Source: an uncultured Gemmatimonadales bacterium (GTDB lineage Bacteria > Gemmatimonadota > Gemmatimonadetes > Gemmatimonadales > GWC2-71-9). Taken from it: a stretch of DNA of 64,000 nucleotides. Location of the stretch: the NCBI GenBank assembly GCA_963795085.1, contig CAWCFX010000001.1, positions 576,001 to 640,000 of the forward strand. The letters are read 5' to 3'. This document shows, piece by piece, positions 10,836-22,396 of the stretch. The position numbers and the translations under genes are program-made. Position 1 is the stretch's first letter. Every line of letters starts with the position of its first letter. The notes under the pieces were generated by a model. That model saw only the letters and a program-made list of their open reading frames with translations, had not been told where the DNA came from and ran no database searches.

Positions 10836-11726
10836 ATGGCCGATGTGAAAACCATCCAGGTGCCCCCGATCGAGGGGCGCGGCTATGCCCACCCCGAAGT
10901 ACTGGTTTCCACCCAGTGGGTCGCCGAGCACCTCGACGATCCCACGGTGCGGATCGTCGAATCCGACGAAGACCTCCTGTTGTACGAGACCGGCCACATT
11001 CCCGGCGCTGTCAAGATCGACTGGGTCACCCAGCTCAACGACCCCATCACCCGCGACTACCTGGATCACGCCCAGCTGCAGCGGCTGCTGCGGTCGCTCG
11101 GCGTGAACCAGGACACCACCATGGTGATCTACGGCGACAAGAACAACTGGTGGGCGACCTACACGCTGTGGGTGTTCCGGCTGTTCGGCCTGGAAAAGCT
11201 CCGGATCATGGACGGCGGCCGCGCCCTGTGGGAAAAAGAAGGCCGCCCGATGACGCGGGACGTGCCCCGGCACCCGGAGGGCAACATCACCGTCAATCCG
11301 CGGGACGATGCCCGCATCCGGGCCTTCCGCGACGACGTGCTGGCCCACGTGACGGCGAAGAAGAAGCTGGTGGATGTCCGGAGCCCGGAAGAGTTCCGGG
11401 GCGAACGGATGCACATGCCCGACTATCCCAACGAGGGGGCCCTGCGCGGCGGCCACATCCCGGGCGCCAGGAGCATTCCCTGGGGACGGGCCGTCAATCC
11501 CGACACCCACACCTTCCGCCCCGCGAGCGAGCTCAGGACCATCTACCAGGAAGAGAACGGCCTCCAGCCCGGCGACGATGTCATCGCCTACTGCCGAATC
11601 GGCGAACGGTCTTCCCACTCCTGGTTCGCACTGACCTATTTGCTGGGCTTCGAGAAGGTGCGGAACTACGATGGATCGTGGACCGAATGGGGGAACAGCG
11701 TGCGGGTGCCGATCGAGAAGCCCTGA
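10836..11726 (+). CDS. Thiosulfate/3-mercaptopyruvate sulfurtransferase (tandem rhodanese)
   Basis: GHIPGA twice, YCRIGERS active site, [11 protein letters not shown]. Confidence 0.93.
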   Translation: MADVKTIQVPPIEGRGYAHPEVLVSTQWVAEHLDDPTVRIVESDEDLLLYETGHIPGAVKIDWVTQLNDPITRDYLDHAQLQRLLRSLGVNQDTTMVIYGDKNNWWATYTLWVFRLFGLEKLRIMDGGRALWEKEGRPMTRDVPRHPEGNITVNPRDDARIRAFRDDVLAHVTAKKKLVDVRSPEEFRGERMHMPDYPNEGALRGGHIPGARSIPWGRAVNPDTHTFRPASELRTIYQEENGLQPGDDVIAYCRIGERSSHSWFALTYLLGFEKVRNYDGSWTEWGNSVRVPIEKP

Positions 11727-11783
11727 GGGTGAACTGAGTAAAGTAAGAGGTGGGAGGTGAGAGGGTCTCTCGCCTCTCACTTT

Positions 11784-12212
11784 TCACTTCCCCGTCGTCC
11801 CAATCGCCTTCGCCATCCGCTTCACCCGCTGGACCACGGCGCTCAGCCCCTGGGTCCGTGTCATCCCCAGCGCCTCGCCCAGCCTGAGCTCGTCGAGCAG
11901 GTCGTTGGGAATCCGCTCCGCCTCCTCCGCGGTGCCTCCGTTCAGGCCCCGGGCCAGCAGCGAGACGAATCCACGCACCGTCGGCGCCTCCCGGGGTACG
12001 TCGGCGTGGAGCTGGAACTTGCCCTCCTCCACCTCGGCATAGAGAAACACCGGGGTCTGGCACTCGGTCACCCGGTTCACCCCCTGGTCCCGGGCTTCGT
12101 GAAAGCGCTCGGGGAGGGGGGGCAGCCGTTCCGAGAGGTCGAGCAGCATCTCCAGGCGAGTCTGCTGATCGGTACCCTGGAACCGGCGAATGATGGTGTC
12201 GAGGGAAGCCAT
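11784..12212 (-). CDS. sufE: SufE-family sulfur acceptor
   Basis: ECQTPVF, EAPTVRGF, R..GL motifs. Confidence 0.8.
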   Translation of the reverse strand: MASLDTIIRRFQGTDQQTRLEMLLDLSERLPPLPERFHEARDQGVNRVTECQTPVFLYAEVEEGKFQLHADVPREAPTVRGFVSLLARGLNGGTAEEAERIPNDLLDELRLGEALGMTRTQGLSAVVQRVKRMAKAIGTTGK

Positions 12213-12221
12213 CCGTGAAAA

Positions 12222-12566
12222 CTAACCGGGAACCGTCACCGCGATCACCGGGTGCGGGGGCGGATGCCCCTCGCGGAGGGCCTCGCCCTCCCGGAGCATG
12301 CGGGCGACATCCACGCCGCAGTGGGCGGGGGCGAAGCGGTGGAGCAGGGGCGCCGCCTTGTCCAGCTGGGCGGTGACACCGTGGCGATTGCCCCGCTGGT
12401 GGTGGACCCAGGCGCTGGCATACAGGATGAGCCCGTGATAGAACGGGCTCCGGGTCCGGCGCCATTCGAGTTCCAGGGCCTCGTGGCTTTCCCAGAAGGC
12501 CCCGGCGTTGAAGAGTCGGGCCATCTCCAGCAGCGCGGGGGCGGGGGCGGGGGCGCCGTCCTCCAT
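12222..12566 (-). CDS. DUF309-family protein
   Basis: LFNAG.FWESHEALE..W, GLI motifs. Confidence 0.8.
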   Translation of the reverse strand: MEDGAPAPAPALLEMARLFNAGAFWESHEALELEWRRTRSPFYHGLILYASAWVHHQRGNRHGVTAQLDKAAPLLHRFAPAHCGVDVARMLREGEALREGHPPPHPVIAVTVPG

Positions 12567-13375
12567 CAGTGAGAGCCGAGCCCGTCCGGGTCCGCATCCA
12601 GCAGCGCCGGCACCGTTTCTGCCGCGGCGCTCCGGAGCCGGATATCGGCGACCCGGTCCAGTTCGGTCTCCGCGGGATCCACCACGATGACCGCCGCGCC
12701 CCTTTCCCGGGCCTCGTACACCAGGCCCGCCGCGGGGAACACCGCTCCCCGGGTCCCGATCACCAGGCAGACATCGGCCCGCCGGGCGGCCTCCAGCGCC
12801 AAGGCCATTTCCCGGGCCGGCAGCCGCTCACCGAACCAGACGACATCGGGCCGGAGCAGGCCGGCGCAACCATCGCACCGGGGTAATGCATCTACTGTAG
12901 AACTGTCCACTGGTTGCCGATAATCCATCGTGCCGCCGCAGCGGGTGCACCGGGCCCGGAAAATGGACCCGTGCAGTTGCAGCGGCGGGGTAGGGGAATC
13001 CCCGGTTTTCTCCGCGATCTCCCGAGCCGCACGCTCATGCAGCCCATCCACGTTCTGGGTGACCAGCACGGCACCCGGAGTCCGGCACATCCAGCGGGCC
13101 AGGGCCGTATGGGCCGGGTTGGGCTGGCAGGCGGCCGCGATGTCCCGCCGCCAGGCGTACCACTCCCAGACCAATCGGGGGTCCCGGGCGAACGCCTCGG
13201 GGGTAGCCAATTCCTCGGCCCGGAATGACCGCCAGAGCCCGCTGGAGCCGCGGAAGACCGGCATTCCCGATTCCGCGCTGACGCCGGCACCGGTCAGGAC
13301 CAGGGCGTGGCGGGCGTTCCGAATGAGATTTCTTGCATCGGCCAGCCCAGGCAGGGTGGCCCCGGAGTTGCTCAT
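12566..13375 (-). CDS. cobB: NAD-dependent protein deacylase (class III sirtuin)
   Basis: LTGAGVSAESG, TQNVDGLH, HGS, CxxC..CxxC, LRPDVVWFGE; YxxR motif. Confidence 0.9.
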   Translation of the reverse strand: MSNSGATLPGLADARNLIRNARHALVLTGAGVSAESGMPVFRGSSGLWRSFRAEELATPEAFARDPRLVWEWYAWRRDIAAACQPNPAHTALARWMCRTPGAVLVTQNVDGLHERAAREIAEKTGDSPTPPLQLHGSIFRARCTRCGGTMDYRQPVDSSTVDALPRCDGCAGLLRPDVVWFGERLPAREMALALEAARRADVCLVIGTRGAVFPAAGLVYEARERGAAVIVVDPAETELDRVADIRLRSAAAETVPALLDADPDGLGSH

Positions 13376-13515
13376 TGAAGGGTATTCCCAGGTGACAATC
13401 GCTGTCAGCCAATCGGTCGGTCCTGTAAGCTAAAGCTTTGGTAGCATTGCACTAGGCGGTCATCGGGTTATATTGCCGCCTCCTCCTGTCCGCCCAGTTT
13501 CTGGAGATCTCCATC

Positions 13516-14544
13516 GTGCGTATTGTGCGTGACTGGAAGGCCCTGGCCTTCCTTGGGTCAGCTTTTGGCCTTGGTTTGGTGCTGCTTCTTGCATTGGCCC
13601 GCCCCGCGGGCGGCCATGATCATGCCGCAGTTCCTTCGTTCATTCAGCCGGTTTCCACCGCCCCGTTGGGCGATGCGGAAACGGCTTCCTTTGCGGTCCG
13701 GGTGAAGGGTGAGACCATCCCCTACCGGGTCTTCGGCCTCTTCGTCATGCCCGGCGAGCGGGTCCTCCTGGAAATCGCCAAGGACGGCGCCGGCGCCTTC
13801 GAAGTGATTTCCGGGGAAGGGCGGATGGAATCCTCGCCGCCGGACGGCTGGCACTGGACCGCGCCGGCCACCCGCGGCCTCTATCCGATCCAGGTGATCG
13901 ACCATATCAGCCGCGACACCATCACGCTCAATGCCTTCGTGCTGGTCCCCTACCAGCGGCAGGAGACCCTGGACGGCTACCGCATCGGCCGCTACCAGCA
14001 GAGCGGCCTGGCCCACACGGCGGCCTACAAGGTGCCCGACGGCTTCATCGAGGTCACCCGCGAGAACCAGTCCGTCAAGGTCGCGCCCCACTTCACCCTG
14101 TCCCAGTTCGTCGCCAAGCAGTCGAGCGGCTACCCCAAGTACCTGGTCCTGCAGGAGAAGCTGCTGCTCAAGCTGGAGTTGCTGCTCGACTCGGTGCAGG
14201 CGCGCGGCGTCCGGGCGAGCACCTTCCGGGTGATGAGCGGCTACCGCACCCCGTTCTACAACCGGTCCATCGGCAACCGCACCACCTTCAGCCGTCACCT
14301 CTATGGCGACGCCGCCGACATCTATATCGATGAAAATGGCGACGGCTCCATGGACGACCTGAACGGCGACCGGCGCATCAACCGGGAAGACGCCCGCTAC
14401 CTCGCCCGCATCGCCGGCCAGGTGGAAGAGACCTCCGCCTTCAAGCGGTTCCTGGGCGGCATCGGCCTCTACCGGAGCCGGGCCAACCACGGGCCGTTCA
14501 TTCATGTGGACGCGCGGGGGACCGCCACGAGGTGGGAGCAATAG
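13516..14544 (+). CDS. Peptidase M15A (D-Ala-D-Ala carboxypeptidase-type) protein
   Basis: SGYRTP.YN, SRHLYGDAADI, FIHVDARG. Confidence 0.85.
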   Translation: MRIVRDWKALAFLGSAFGLGLVLLLALARPAGGHDHAAVPSFIQPVSTAPLGDAETASFAVRVKGETIPYRVFGLFVMPGERVLLEIAKDGAGAFEVISGEGRMESSPPDGWHWTAPATRGLYPIQVIDHISRDTITLNAFVLVPYQRQETLDGYRIGRYQQSGLAHTAAYKVPDGFIEVTRENQSVKVAPHFTLSQFVAKQSSGYPKYLVLQEKLLLKLELLLDSVQARGVRASTFRVMSGYRTPFYNRSIGNRTTFSRHLYGDAADIYIDENGDGSMDDLNGDRRINREDARYLARIAGQVEETSAFKRFLGGIGLYRSRANHGPFIHVDARGTATRWEQ

Positions 14545-14672
14545 AATTGAGGGAATGTTGGAATTGAGGGAATGGGGGAATTGAGGGAATGTTGGAATTG
14601 AGGGAATTTTGGAATTGAAAATTCTCAATTCCCACATTCCCACATTCCCTCAATTCTATTGTTCCCTCAATT
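14545..14672. repeat. Family A hairpin repeat: tandem GAATTGAGGGAAT units then inverted ATTCCCTCAATT units
   Basis: Direct reading; fills the gap between convergent stop codons. Confidence 0.9.
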
Positions 14673-15914
<1,242 letters not shown>

Positions 15915-15999
15915 GGATCCTGGTGTCGTTTAAGTGTGGGGAGACAAAGCTAATGGAGGCGGCCGGGAAGGGCACCTGTCGCAAGACAAACACCTCGGT

Positions 16000-16330
16000 C
16001 CTCCGGATTATTCTGCGGGCCATCCCTGCCCGAACACGAAAGCACGAAAAACCAAAACACCACGGGAAAGACAAGCAACCGCTACAGCGGTATTCTGTTC
16101 TTTCTTTTCTTTCCACTTTTGTCGTCCGTGGTTCGTGCTTTCGTGATCCGCAGGGCCAGCTTCAGGGGGATCCTCCGGGATTATTCTGCGGGCCATCCCT
16201 GCCCGAACACGAAAGCACGAAAAACCAAAACACCACGGGAAAGACAAGCAGCCGCTACAGCGGTATTCTGTTCTTTCTTTTCTTTCGACTTTTGTCGTCC
16301 GTGGTTCGTGCTTTCGTGATCCGCAGGGCC
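16000..16330. repeat. Family B repeat: two near-identical copies, 173-bp period, each with CACGAAAGCACGAA / TTCGTGCTTTCGTG inverted arms
   Basis: Direct reading. Confidence 0.9.
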
Positions 16331-16410
16331 GGCCTGTCACGCGAGTCGTTGTGTGGAATTCGTAATTTATCCCTGCGCCGACCGCTTCCCCCCGTTAACT
16401 TTCCCCCTCC

Positions 16411-18144
16411 ATGCCGACCTCCACGCTCGCCGCCGGGGCCGCCCGCGCCATTCAGTCGGCCTTCCTGGCCTACCATGCGCGCTTCATCGCCATCACCCGC
16501 CGGGCCAAAACCCGGTTCGAGGCGCGGGAGTGGCGGGAGGGCCAGGCCGATGCGCTGGAACGCCTCACCCTCTACCGCACCTGCGTGCAGGAGACGGTGA
16601 CGGCGATCGGGGAGATGGTCGGCGGCAACGTGCGGAACGCCTTCTTCTGGCACGAGACCAAGTCCGTCCACGCCCGGCTCAGCGAGCGCCGGCTCGACAC
16701 CGGGCTGGCGCGTACCTTCTTCAACTCCGTCACCCGCCGGATCTTCACCACCGTGGGCGTGGATGCCTCCATCGAGTACCTGGACCAGCTGGCGGAGCCC
16801 GATGTCCGGCGCGACCCGGTCGAGCCGCCCTTCTGGACCTACCGGGGCGGCCGCGGCACCGCCGACCTGCTCACCGACATTTTCTCCGGGCTGCCCTTCC
16901 GCCCCGAGTTCGACGACCAGGTGCGGGATGCCGCGCGGGCCGCGGCGATCATCGACCAGCGGCTCGCCGGCCGCCCCCTGGAAGCCATCGAGGTGCTGCC
17001 GCCCATTTTCTACCGGGGCCGGGTGGCCTACATGGTGGGCCGGGTCCAGGCCGGCGGCGACCCGGTGCCGCTGCTCGTCTCGTTTCTGCATGAGCCGGAA
17101 GGCATCGTCGCCGACGCGGTCCTGATGGACGAGCGGGAAGTCAGCATCGTCTTCAGCTTCACCCGCTCCTACTTTCACGTCGAGGTGGACCGGCCCCAGC
17201 TGACCATCGCCTTCCTCCAGTCCATCATGCCCCGGAAGCCCAGCGATGAACTGTACACCGCGATCGGCTACAACAAGCACGGCAAGACGATGTTCTACCG
17301 CAACCTGGTACGCCACCTCGACGATACCGACGACCAGTTCGAAATCGCCGAAGGAGAACCGGGCCTGGTGATGACCGTGTTCGCGCTGCCCTCGTTCAAC
17401 ACCGTCTTCAAGGTGATCCGCGACCGGTTCGGCCAGCCCAAGAGCACCACCCGGGAGGCGGTCCGCAACCGCTACGAGCTGGTCTTCGTGCACGACCGGG
17501 TAGGCCGGCTGGCCGATGCCCAGGAGTTCGAGTACCTCGAGTTCGCCCGGTCCCGGTTCACGCCGGAGCTGCTGCGGGAACTGGAGACCGAAGCCGCGTC
17601 CAGCCTCCGCATCGAGGGCGACCGGGTCATCATCCGCCATCTCTACACCGAACGCCGGGTTACCCCGCTCAATCTCTATCTCAAGGGCGCCAGTCCCGGC
17701 GCGGCGGTCGAGGCCATCGTGGACTACGGCGCCGCCATCCGGGAGCTGGCGGCCGCCAATATTTTCACCGGCGACATGCTGCTCAAGAATTTCGGCGTCA
17801 CCCGCCAGGGCCGGGTGATCTTCTACGACTACGATGAGCTCTGCCTGCTCACCGAATGCAACTTCCGCGCGATCCCCGAGACCGACGACCCCCTGCTCGA
17901 GATGGCGGCCGACCCCTGGTTCTCGGTCGGCGAGCACGATGTCTTCCCCGAGGAGTTCCGCGCCTTCTTCATCCTCCCCGGCCCGCTGGGCGAGGCGTTC
18001 ATGCACCACCACGCCGACCTGCTGACCCTCGAGTTCTGGCGCGACATGCAGGCCCGCCAGGCCGGCGGCGAACTGCCCGAGGTGCTGCCGTACCGCGAGG
18101 AACGGCGGCTTTCCCACGCCGCGCCCGATGCCGTTTCCCACTGA
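16411..18144 (+). CDS. aceK: Isocitrate dehydrogenase kinase/phosphatase
   Basis: ARTFFNSV, FSFTRSYF, ELYTAIGYNKHGKT, HDRVGRLAD.QEF, GDMLLKNFGVTR..RVIFYDYDE. Confidence 0.95.
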   Translation: MPTSTLAAGAARAIQSAFLAYHARFIAITRRAKTRFEAREWREGQADALERLTLYRTCVQETVTAIGEMVGGNVRNAFFWHETKSVHARLSERRLDTGLARTFFNSVTRRIFTTVGVDASIEYLDQLAEPDVRRDPVEPPFWTYRGGRGTADLLTDIFSGLPFRPEFDDQVRDAARAAAIIDQRLAGRPLEAIEVLPPIFYRGRVAYMVGRVQAGGDPVPLLVSFLHEPEGIVADAVLMDEREVSIVFSFTRSYFHVEVDRPQLTIAFLQSIMPRKPSDELYTAIGYNKHGKTMFYRNLVRHLDDTDDQFEIAEGEPGLVMTVFALPSFNTVFKVIRDRFGQPKSTTREAVRNRYELVFVHDRVGRLADAQEFEYLEFARSRFTPELLRELETEAASSLRIEGDRVIIRHLYTERRVTPLNLYLKGASPGAAVEAIVDYGAAIRELAAANIFTGDMLLKNFGVTRQGRVIFYDYDELCLLTECNFRAIPETDDPLLEMAADPWFSVGEHDVFPEEFRAFFILPGPLGEAFMHHHADLLTLEFWRDMQARQAGGELPEVLPYREERRLSHAAPDAVSH

Positions 18145-21013
18145 GCTCCAGCGCCAGGCGATCGAAGCCCCGTCCGGCCCGGTCCTGGTGCTGGCCGGGC
18201 CCGGCGCCGGCAAGACCTCCTGCCTCGTCGCCCGGATCCAGTTTCTCATCGCCGCGCGCGATGTCAGGCCGGAGCGGCTCTGCGCCGTCACCTTCACCAA
18301 CAAGGCCGCCGAAGAGATCGCTCTTCGCCTCAAGGCCGGGCTGGGGCGCCCCGCCGGGGACATTACCCGCGGCACCATTCACTCCCTCTGCCTCCGGGTG
18401 CTCCGGGAGCACGGTGCCGGCGTCGGGCTGCAGTCCGGGTTCGGCGTCGCCGACGACGAGTACCAGCACGCCATCCTGGCCCGGCTCCGGGTGCCCCGGA
18501 AGTATCGCGGCGGCCTGCTCACCCGGTTCGGCCGGCGGCGGCTCCAGAACTACGAACTCACGCCCGACGACCAGAAACTGCTGGAGCGCTACCAGGAGAC
18601 GCTCCACGGCGCCAACATGGCCGACTTCGACGATCTCGTCGTGCGCACCGCCGACCTGCTCAAGGGCCGCCCCGATATCGCCGACGCGGTGGCGGCCCAG
18701 TGGGACTACCTGCTGGTGGACGAGTGCCAGGACCTGAACGCCCGGCAGTACGAGATCATCCGCCGCCTGGTGGAACCCCACGGCAACCTCTTCGCCGTCG
18801 GCGACGACGAGCAGTCCATCTTCGGCTGGGCCAGCGCGGACCCGCTGATCCTCCGCCAGCTGGCCAACGACTTCCTCGTCTCCCGCCCCATCATCCTCGA
18901 CGAGAACTGCCGCTGCTCGGCGAAGATCTTCCTCGCCGCCCGGCGGCTCATCGAGCAGAATCCCCCGCTGTTCGAGAAGGGCCTCCGGGCCCGGCGCGAG
19001 TCGCCCTGGGAGGTCGAAGCCTTCACCTTCGCCGACGAGGGAGACGAGGCCGCCTGGGTCGTCGCCGATATCCTCCGGGACCGGGCCGAGTCGGGCACGC
19101 CGTGGGGCGAGTACGGCATCCTGTACCGCCGCCACGACAGCGGCGAGCTGCTCGAGGGGCGCCTCCTCGCCGCCGGCATCCCCTGCCGCCTGAGCCGGGG
19201 CCGCGCCATCGGCGACGACCGCGTGATCGGCCAGGTCCTGGCCTCGCTCCGGGTGATGCTGGCCCCCGCCGACCAGGTCGCCGTCGAGGCGCTGGCGGAG
19301 CTGGTCCTGCCCGGCATGCTCGTGGACCAGGTGCGGACCCATCACATGGCGGGCGGGTTCCTGCCCGGCCTCCGGCTGTATGCCATCGCGCATAAGGGAG
19401 AGCCGGACGCGAAGAAAGCCTGGCGCTTCATCTACGCGGTGGAGAACCTCCGCGGCATCCGCCGCGCCCAGCGCTCCCTGGCCGGCCTGGTCAGCGCGGT
19501 GCTTTCCCAGGGTGTGGGGACCTACAGGAACCCGCTGGAGGCGGAACCGGTCAGCCTCGCGCTCACCGATCCCGCGGCCTTTCCCGGCGCGCCGGATCTC
19601 GCCGACCGTCTCGCCCGGGTGCGCCGGAGCGGCGGCCGCATCTGGATTCCCCCGTCGGGCGGCCTCGAGCTGGCCATTCGCGGCATGCTGGTCAAGGCCG
19701 GCTTCACCCTGATGACCATGGGCAGCCCCGCCGCGCTGGAGCCGGACGGCCTGGACCTCGCTCCGCTCCCGCCGGGGTTCCCCCTTCTTCTCTTCAAGGC
19801 TCTCCAGCTGGAAGAGAGCCGGACCTGGGACGCCCCCCAGCGCGACTTCGTCGCGTTCGATCTCGAGACCACCGACAACGACGTGGACGAGTGCGAGATC
19901 ATCGAGATCGGCGCCGTGCGGGTGCGGGACGGCCAGGTCGTGGCCACCTTCGAGTCGCTGGTGCGCGGCGGCCGTCCCATCTCGCCCCGGGCCACCGCGG
20001 TGCACGGGTACGCCGACAGCCACGTCGCGTCCGCGCCGCCCTTCGCCCAGGCGTGGGAACGGTTCCGCGCGTTCGTGGGCAACGATGTGCTGGTCGCCCA
20101 CAACGGGCTCCACTTCGACGTGCCGGTGCTCAAGCGCATGGCGCACGGGTTCCCCGGGCTGGACGACCTCGTCTTCTACGACAGCCTCCCGCTGGCGCGC
20201 TCCCTCTCCACCCTGAGCGCCCGGCTCACCGACCTGGCCGATCGCTATGGCGTAGAAAAGGGGACCTCGCACCACGCACTGGACGACGCCAGGGCGCTGG
20301 CCGGCGTGTATGGCCATCTCCACCGGGTTCGGCTGGAGCGGGCCCGCAAGGCGGCGCTCACCAGCCTGCTCGATTACCTCGGATTGGCGTTCGCGCTGGA
20401 GGGGAGAGAGCGTTCCGGCGAGGCGGCGGACCTGTTCAGGATCTGTTCCACCTACGCGCTGGGCCGCTTCGGCGAGAGCCTGGATACCTACGCCCGTGAG
20501 CGGCCCGACGGTGCCCCGTCGCTGGACGAGGTCATTGACCGGCTCGGCGGGCAACGGCTGATGGACCGGCTCCGCACCGAGCGGCGCCCCGAAGACCGCT
20601 TCCCCGGCGCCCTGGCCCGCCTCGGCGCCCTCGTCCTGGCCAGCGAGTCCCCCGACCTGGACCAGGCCATCCGGGCCCTGCTCGACCGGGTGGCGCTGTC
20701 CCGGTCCGAAGGCATCGAGCGGGAGCGGGACCGCGTCAACCTCCTCACCCTGCACGCCACCAAGGGCCTGGAGTTCAGCCGGGTCTATATCCTGGGCGTG
20801 GAAGACAACGAATTGCCCGGAAGCCAGGCGCTGGCCCAGCAGCACCTCGGCGACATCGAAGAAGCCCGGCGCCTGCTCTACGTGGGGATGACCCGCGCCA
20901 AGGACCGCCTGGTGCTCACCCGCGCCGACTTCCGCCGGGGCAGCCCCGGCGGCGATTCCGGGTTCCTTCGGGAAATCGGGTTGGTACTCACCGCAACTGC
21001 CGCTCGCGAGTAG
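18128..21013 (+). CDS. UvrD/Rep helicase with inserted DEDDh (DnaQ-like) 3'-5' exonuclease domain
   Basis: AGPGAGKT, TFTNKAA, DECQD, VGDDEQSIF, TLHATKGLEF, LYVGMTRAK; FDLETT, AHN..FD, HHALDDA. Confidence 0.9.
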   Translation: MPFPTELQRQAIEAPSGPVLVLAGPGAGKTSCLVARIQFLIAARDVRPERLCAVTFTNKAAEEIALRLKAGLGRPAGDITRGTIHSLCLRVLREHGAGVGLQSGFGVADDEYQHAILARLRVPRKYRGGLLTRFGRRRLQNYELTPDDQKLLERYQETLHGANMADFDDLVVRTADLLKGRPDIADAVAAQWDYLLVDECQDLNARQYEIIRRLVEPHGNLFAVGDDEQSIFGWASADPLILRQLANDFLVSRPIILDENCRCSAKIFLAARRLIEQNPPLFEKGLRARRESPWEVEAFTFADEGDEAAWVVADILRDRAESGTPWGEYGILYRRHDSGELLEGRLLAAGIPCRLSRGRAIGDDRVIGQVLASLRVMLAPADQVAVEALAELVLPGMLVDQVRTHHMAGGFLPGLRLYAIAHKGEPDAKKAWRFIYAVENLRGIRRAQRSLAGLVSAVLSQGVGTYRNPLEAEPVSLALTDPAAFPGAPDLADRLARVRRSGGRIWIPPSGGLELAIRGMLVKAGFTLMTMGSPAALEPDGLDLAPLPPGFPLLLFKALQLEESRTWDAPQRDFVAFDLETTDNDVDECEIIEIGAVRVRDGQVVATFESLVRGGRPISPRATAVHGYADSHVASAPPFAQAWERFRAFVGNDVLVAHNGLHFDVPVLKRMAHGFPGLDDLVFYDSLPLARSLSTLSARLTDLADRYGVEKGTSHHALDDARALAGVYGHLHRVRLERARKAALTSLLDYLGLAFALEGRERSGEAADLFRICSTYALGRFGESLDTYARERPDGAPSLDEVIDRLGGQRLMDRLRTERRPEDRFPGALARLGALVLASESPDLDQAIRALLDRVALSRSEGIERERDRVNLLTLHATKGLEFSRVYILGVEDNELPGSQALAQQHLGDIEEARRLLYVGMTRAKDRLVLTRADFRRGSPGGDSGFLREIGLVLTATAARE

Positions 21014-21049
21014 AAGACTCCACTGACGTTCGAGCTTCCGCAACTGCCT

Positions 21050-21520
21050 GTCGCGAAAGCACGAAAGACCGCGGAAGCACGAAGAAAAGCAACAACTGGA
21101 ACTACAAGAAAAGCAACAGCTAGAACTACAAAGAACGAAATAAGAAGAAATCAGTAGTGCTTCACCTGTTTCATTTCTTTCGTATTTTGTTGTTCGGCTG
21201 TCATCATGCGTGTTTGTTCTTTTCTATTTTGTCGTCAGGCTGTTCGCACATCAGACAGATCGAACTACAAAGAACACAATAGACGACATTGGATCTCTTC
21301 TTCCATCGGTTTCGTTCTCTTTCGTGTTTTGTTGTACCGGCTGTTGTTGTTCGGCTGTCATCATGCGTGTTTGTTCTTTTCTATTTTGTCGTCAGGCTGT
21401 TCGCACATCAGACAGATCGAACTACAAAGAACGAAATAGAAGAAATTGGATCTCTTCTTTCACCTGTTCTGTTTCTTTCGTGCTTTGTTGTGCCGCTGTT
21501 GTTGTGCTACTGTTCTCATG
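21050..21520. repeat. Family B-related A-rich/T-rich repeat with ~157-bp tandem duplication
   Basis: AACTACAAAGAACGAAA vs TTTCGTGCTTTGTTGT arms; duplicated block offset 157. Confidence 0.85.
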
Positions 21521-21525
21521 CCAGC

Positions 21526-22329
21526 CTACTTTCCCCCGCCCAGCGCCAACCGCACCTCTTTCCCTTCGACCTCGACCGGGTAGGTCCCGATGGCCTTCTT
21601 GGCGGGGCCCCTCGTCGCCTTCCCGGTGGCCACGTCGAACTGGGACCCGTGCCAGAGGCACTGCACCGTGCCGCAGATCAGCACCCCGCCGGCCAGCGAT
21701 CCGCCGCGGTGGGTGCAGGCATCGTCGAAGGCCACGTAGCCGTCCGCGGTCCGCCCCAGCACGATGCGCCGGCCGTTGATGTGCAGCAGCTTCATCTGGT
21801 CCACCTCGAGCTCGTCGCTGGCGGCCACCACCAGCGGCTCGCCTGGTGCCGGGGTGATCGTCGCCTCGTTCCACCGGCCGGCCGCCGCGTAGCGGTGGTC
21901 CACGCTGATCAGGTTCCGGGAGACCAGCGTGCCCCCCTGCCATCCGGCATATCCCAGCAGCAGCACGCCGGCGCCTTCCAGCAGCAGGGTGAGGGTGGAC
22001 GGCGGCGGCGTCGCGCCGGCCCGGAGCAGCCACGCGGTCGCGAAGAGTGCCACCATCACCAGGTTGGCGATCATGTGGCGGGTCGCGCGCGCCTTGCCCG
22101 AACTCCCGGGCGGCACGGTGAAGAAGTAGTCGATGAACCCGGGGATCGCCGCCAGCAGGGCGGTGCCCACCCCGGCGATGACGAGATAGTATCCCACCAG
22201 GGTGAACGTCGGCCGGTCCAGCAGGATACCCAGGAAATCGAAGGCGGTTCCCCCCGCCAGGAAGGCGATCGGGAAGGGAATCAGCATCGGGTGAATCGGG
22301 TGGCCCTTCAGGCTGGCTGTGCTGCGCAT
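21526..22329 (-). CDS. DUF2231 membrane domain fused to Rieske [2Fe-2S] domain
   Basis: GHPIHPMLIPFPI; CTHRGG...CLWHGSQFD. Confidence 0.88.
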   Translation of the reverse strand: MRSTASLKGHPIHPMLIPFPIAFLAGGTAFDFLGILLDRPTFTLVGYYLVIAGVGTALLAAIPGFIDYFFTVPPGSSGKARATRHMIANLVMVALFATAWLLRAGATPPPSTLTLLLEGAGVLLLGYAGWQGGTLVSRNLISVDHRYAAAGRWNEATITPAPGEPLVVAASDELEVDQMKLLHINGRRIVLGRTADGYVAFDDACTHRGGSLAGGVLICGTVQCLWHGSQFDVATGKATRGPAKKAIGTYPVEVEGKEVRLALGGGK

Positions 22330-22396
22330 GGCGTCCCCGGCGTCGGAAAGTTTCTCAAGTTTAAGCCGGGGCGGGGCGGGAAGGGTGTGACTGCAG

